NCBI GenBank assembly: GCA_964651115.1
Contig: CAZYXJ010000001.1
Span: 380,243 to 444,242 of the forward strand
Source of the DNA: an uncultured Candidatus Saccharibacteria bacterium
GTDB lineage: Bacteria > Patescibacteriota > Minisyncoccia > Phycocordibacterales > JACOZG01
DNA length: 64,000 nucleotides
Direction of reading: 5' to 3'
Shown: piece by piece, positions 63,859 through 64,000 of the stretch
How the letters are laid out: each line of letters starts with the position of its first letter
Position numbering within the stretch: the first letter of the stretch is position 1
Notes under the pieces: model-generated
Database searches by the model: none
What the model saw: only the letters and a program-made list of their open reading frames with translations
Told to the model about the DNA's origin: nothing
Translations under genes and position numbers: made by a program

Positions 63859-64000
63859 TCAGAATTTTTTGCTTTTGGGCTTGATGCTCTGCACCCCAAC
63901 GTAGGGATGCAACACTTCGGGGATGAGTACGGTGCCGTCGGCCTGCTGGTTGTTCTCGAGGATGCTGAGCATCGTTCGAGTAACGGCAACAGCTGTTCCG
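63859..64000 (-). CDS. serS: serine--tRNA ligase, C-terminal fragment (gene continues beyond window end)
   Basis: Reverse translation gives ...[49 protein letters not shown]-stop, the conserved SerRS C-terminus. Confidence 0.7.
   Translation of the reverse strand, partial: GTAVAVTRTMLSILENNQQADGTVLIPEVLHPYVGVQSIKPKSKKF

Noticed and set aside
1-64000. CRISPR arrays, rRNA genes, transposases/IS elements
   Set aside because: No regularly spaced direct repeats, no rRNA-like sequence, and no DDE transposase or IS inverted-repeat structures seen.

Overview
This 64 kb window is a chromosomal segment of a small-genome bacterium. Gene content and style, with many short hypothetical proteins and weak Shine-Dalgarno sites, suggest a Candidate Phyla Radiation / Patescibacteria-like lineage, but I cannot verify this. 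It spans the replication origin region: yidC-rnpA-rpmH, dnaA, a DnaA-box-rich AT-rich intergenic region, then dnaN. Housekeeping genes present include the CCA-adding enzyme, xerC/D, rpsO, comM/yifB, uvrD/pcrA, rsmA, a class A PBP, tyrS, ruvC, yebC, ruvB, ruvA, polA, tsaE, UDG family 4, xth, mutM, rpsT, rplS, rluA-family, ruvX, a PduO-type adenosyltransferase, type IV pilus genes (pilB and pilM-pilN-pilO), 10 tRNA genes and a partial serS. Three accessory stretches stand out. (1) About 11.0-15.3 kb is an array of eight short, mostly monocistronic genes, each with its own near-consensus sigma70 promoter (TTGACA-N16/17-TAGGAT) fused to an upstream hairpin+T-run terminator. A ~35-nt core of this module (CTTTTTCTTTTTTCAAAAATTGACACC) recurs 5 times in the window. 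The genes encode an unknown 143-aa protein, a Dabb-like protein, an asparaginase-N-domain-only protein, a Nudix hydrolase, a GC-rich tandem pair of paralogous membrane-anchored proteins, a 75-aa protein and an AT-rich C-terminally anchored protein. (2) About 16.7-29.7 kb is a Gram-positive-type (MPF_FA-like) type IV secretion-like cluster. It has a 1118-aa surface protein, a TcpH/VirB6-like polytopic protein, a PrgI/VirB3-like protein, a VirB4 ATPase split into two ORFs by a +1 frame change, a small pilin-like protein and secreted proteins. No relaxase or coupling protein is present in the window. (3) About 38.6-40.0 kb is a GC-rich pair of secreted proteins ending in canonical PEP-CTERM sorting signals, inserted on the opposite strand between yebC-ruvC and ruvB, with no exosortase nearby. 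Other observations: a candidate dif site beside xerC; a ~550-nt structured non-coding stretch downstream of tRNA-Ser and a GC-rich ORF; a standalone Cas4-like PD-(D/E)XK Fe-S nuclease next to a C39-like peptidase; and a standalone RelA/SpoT-type HD hydrolase.
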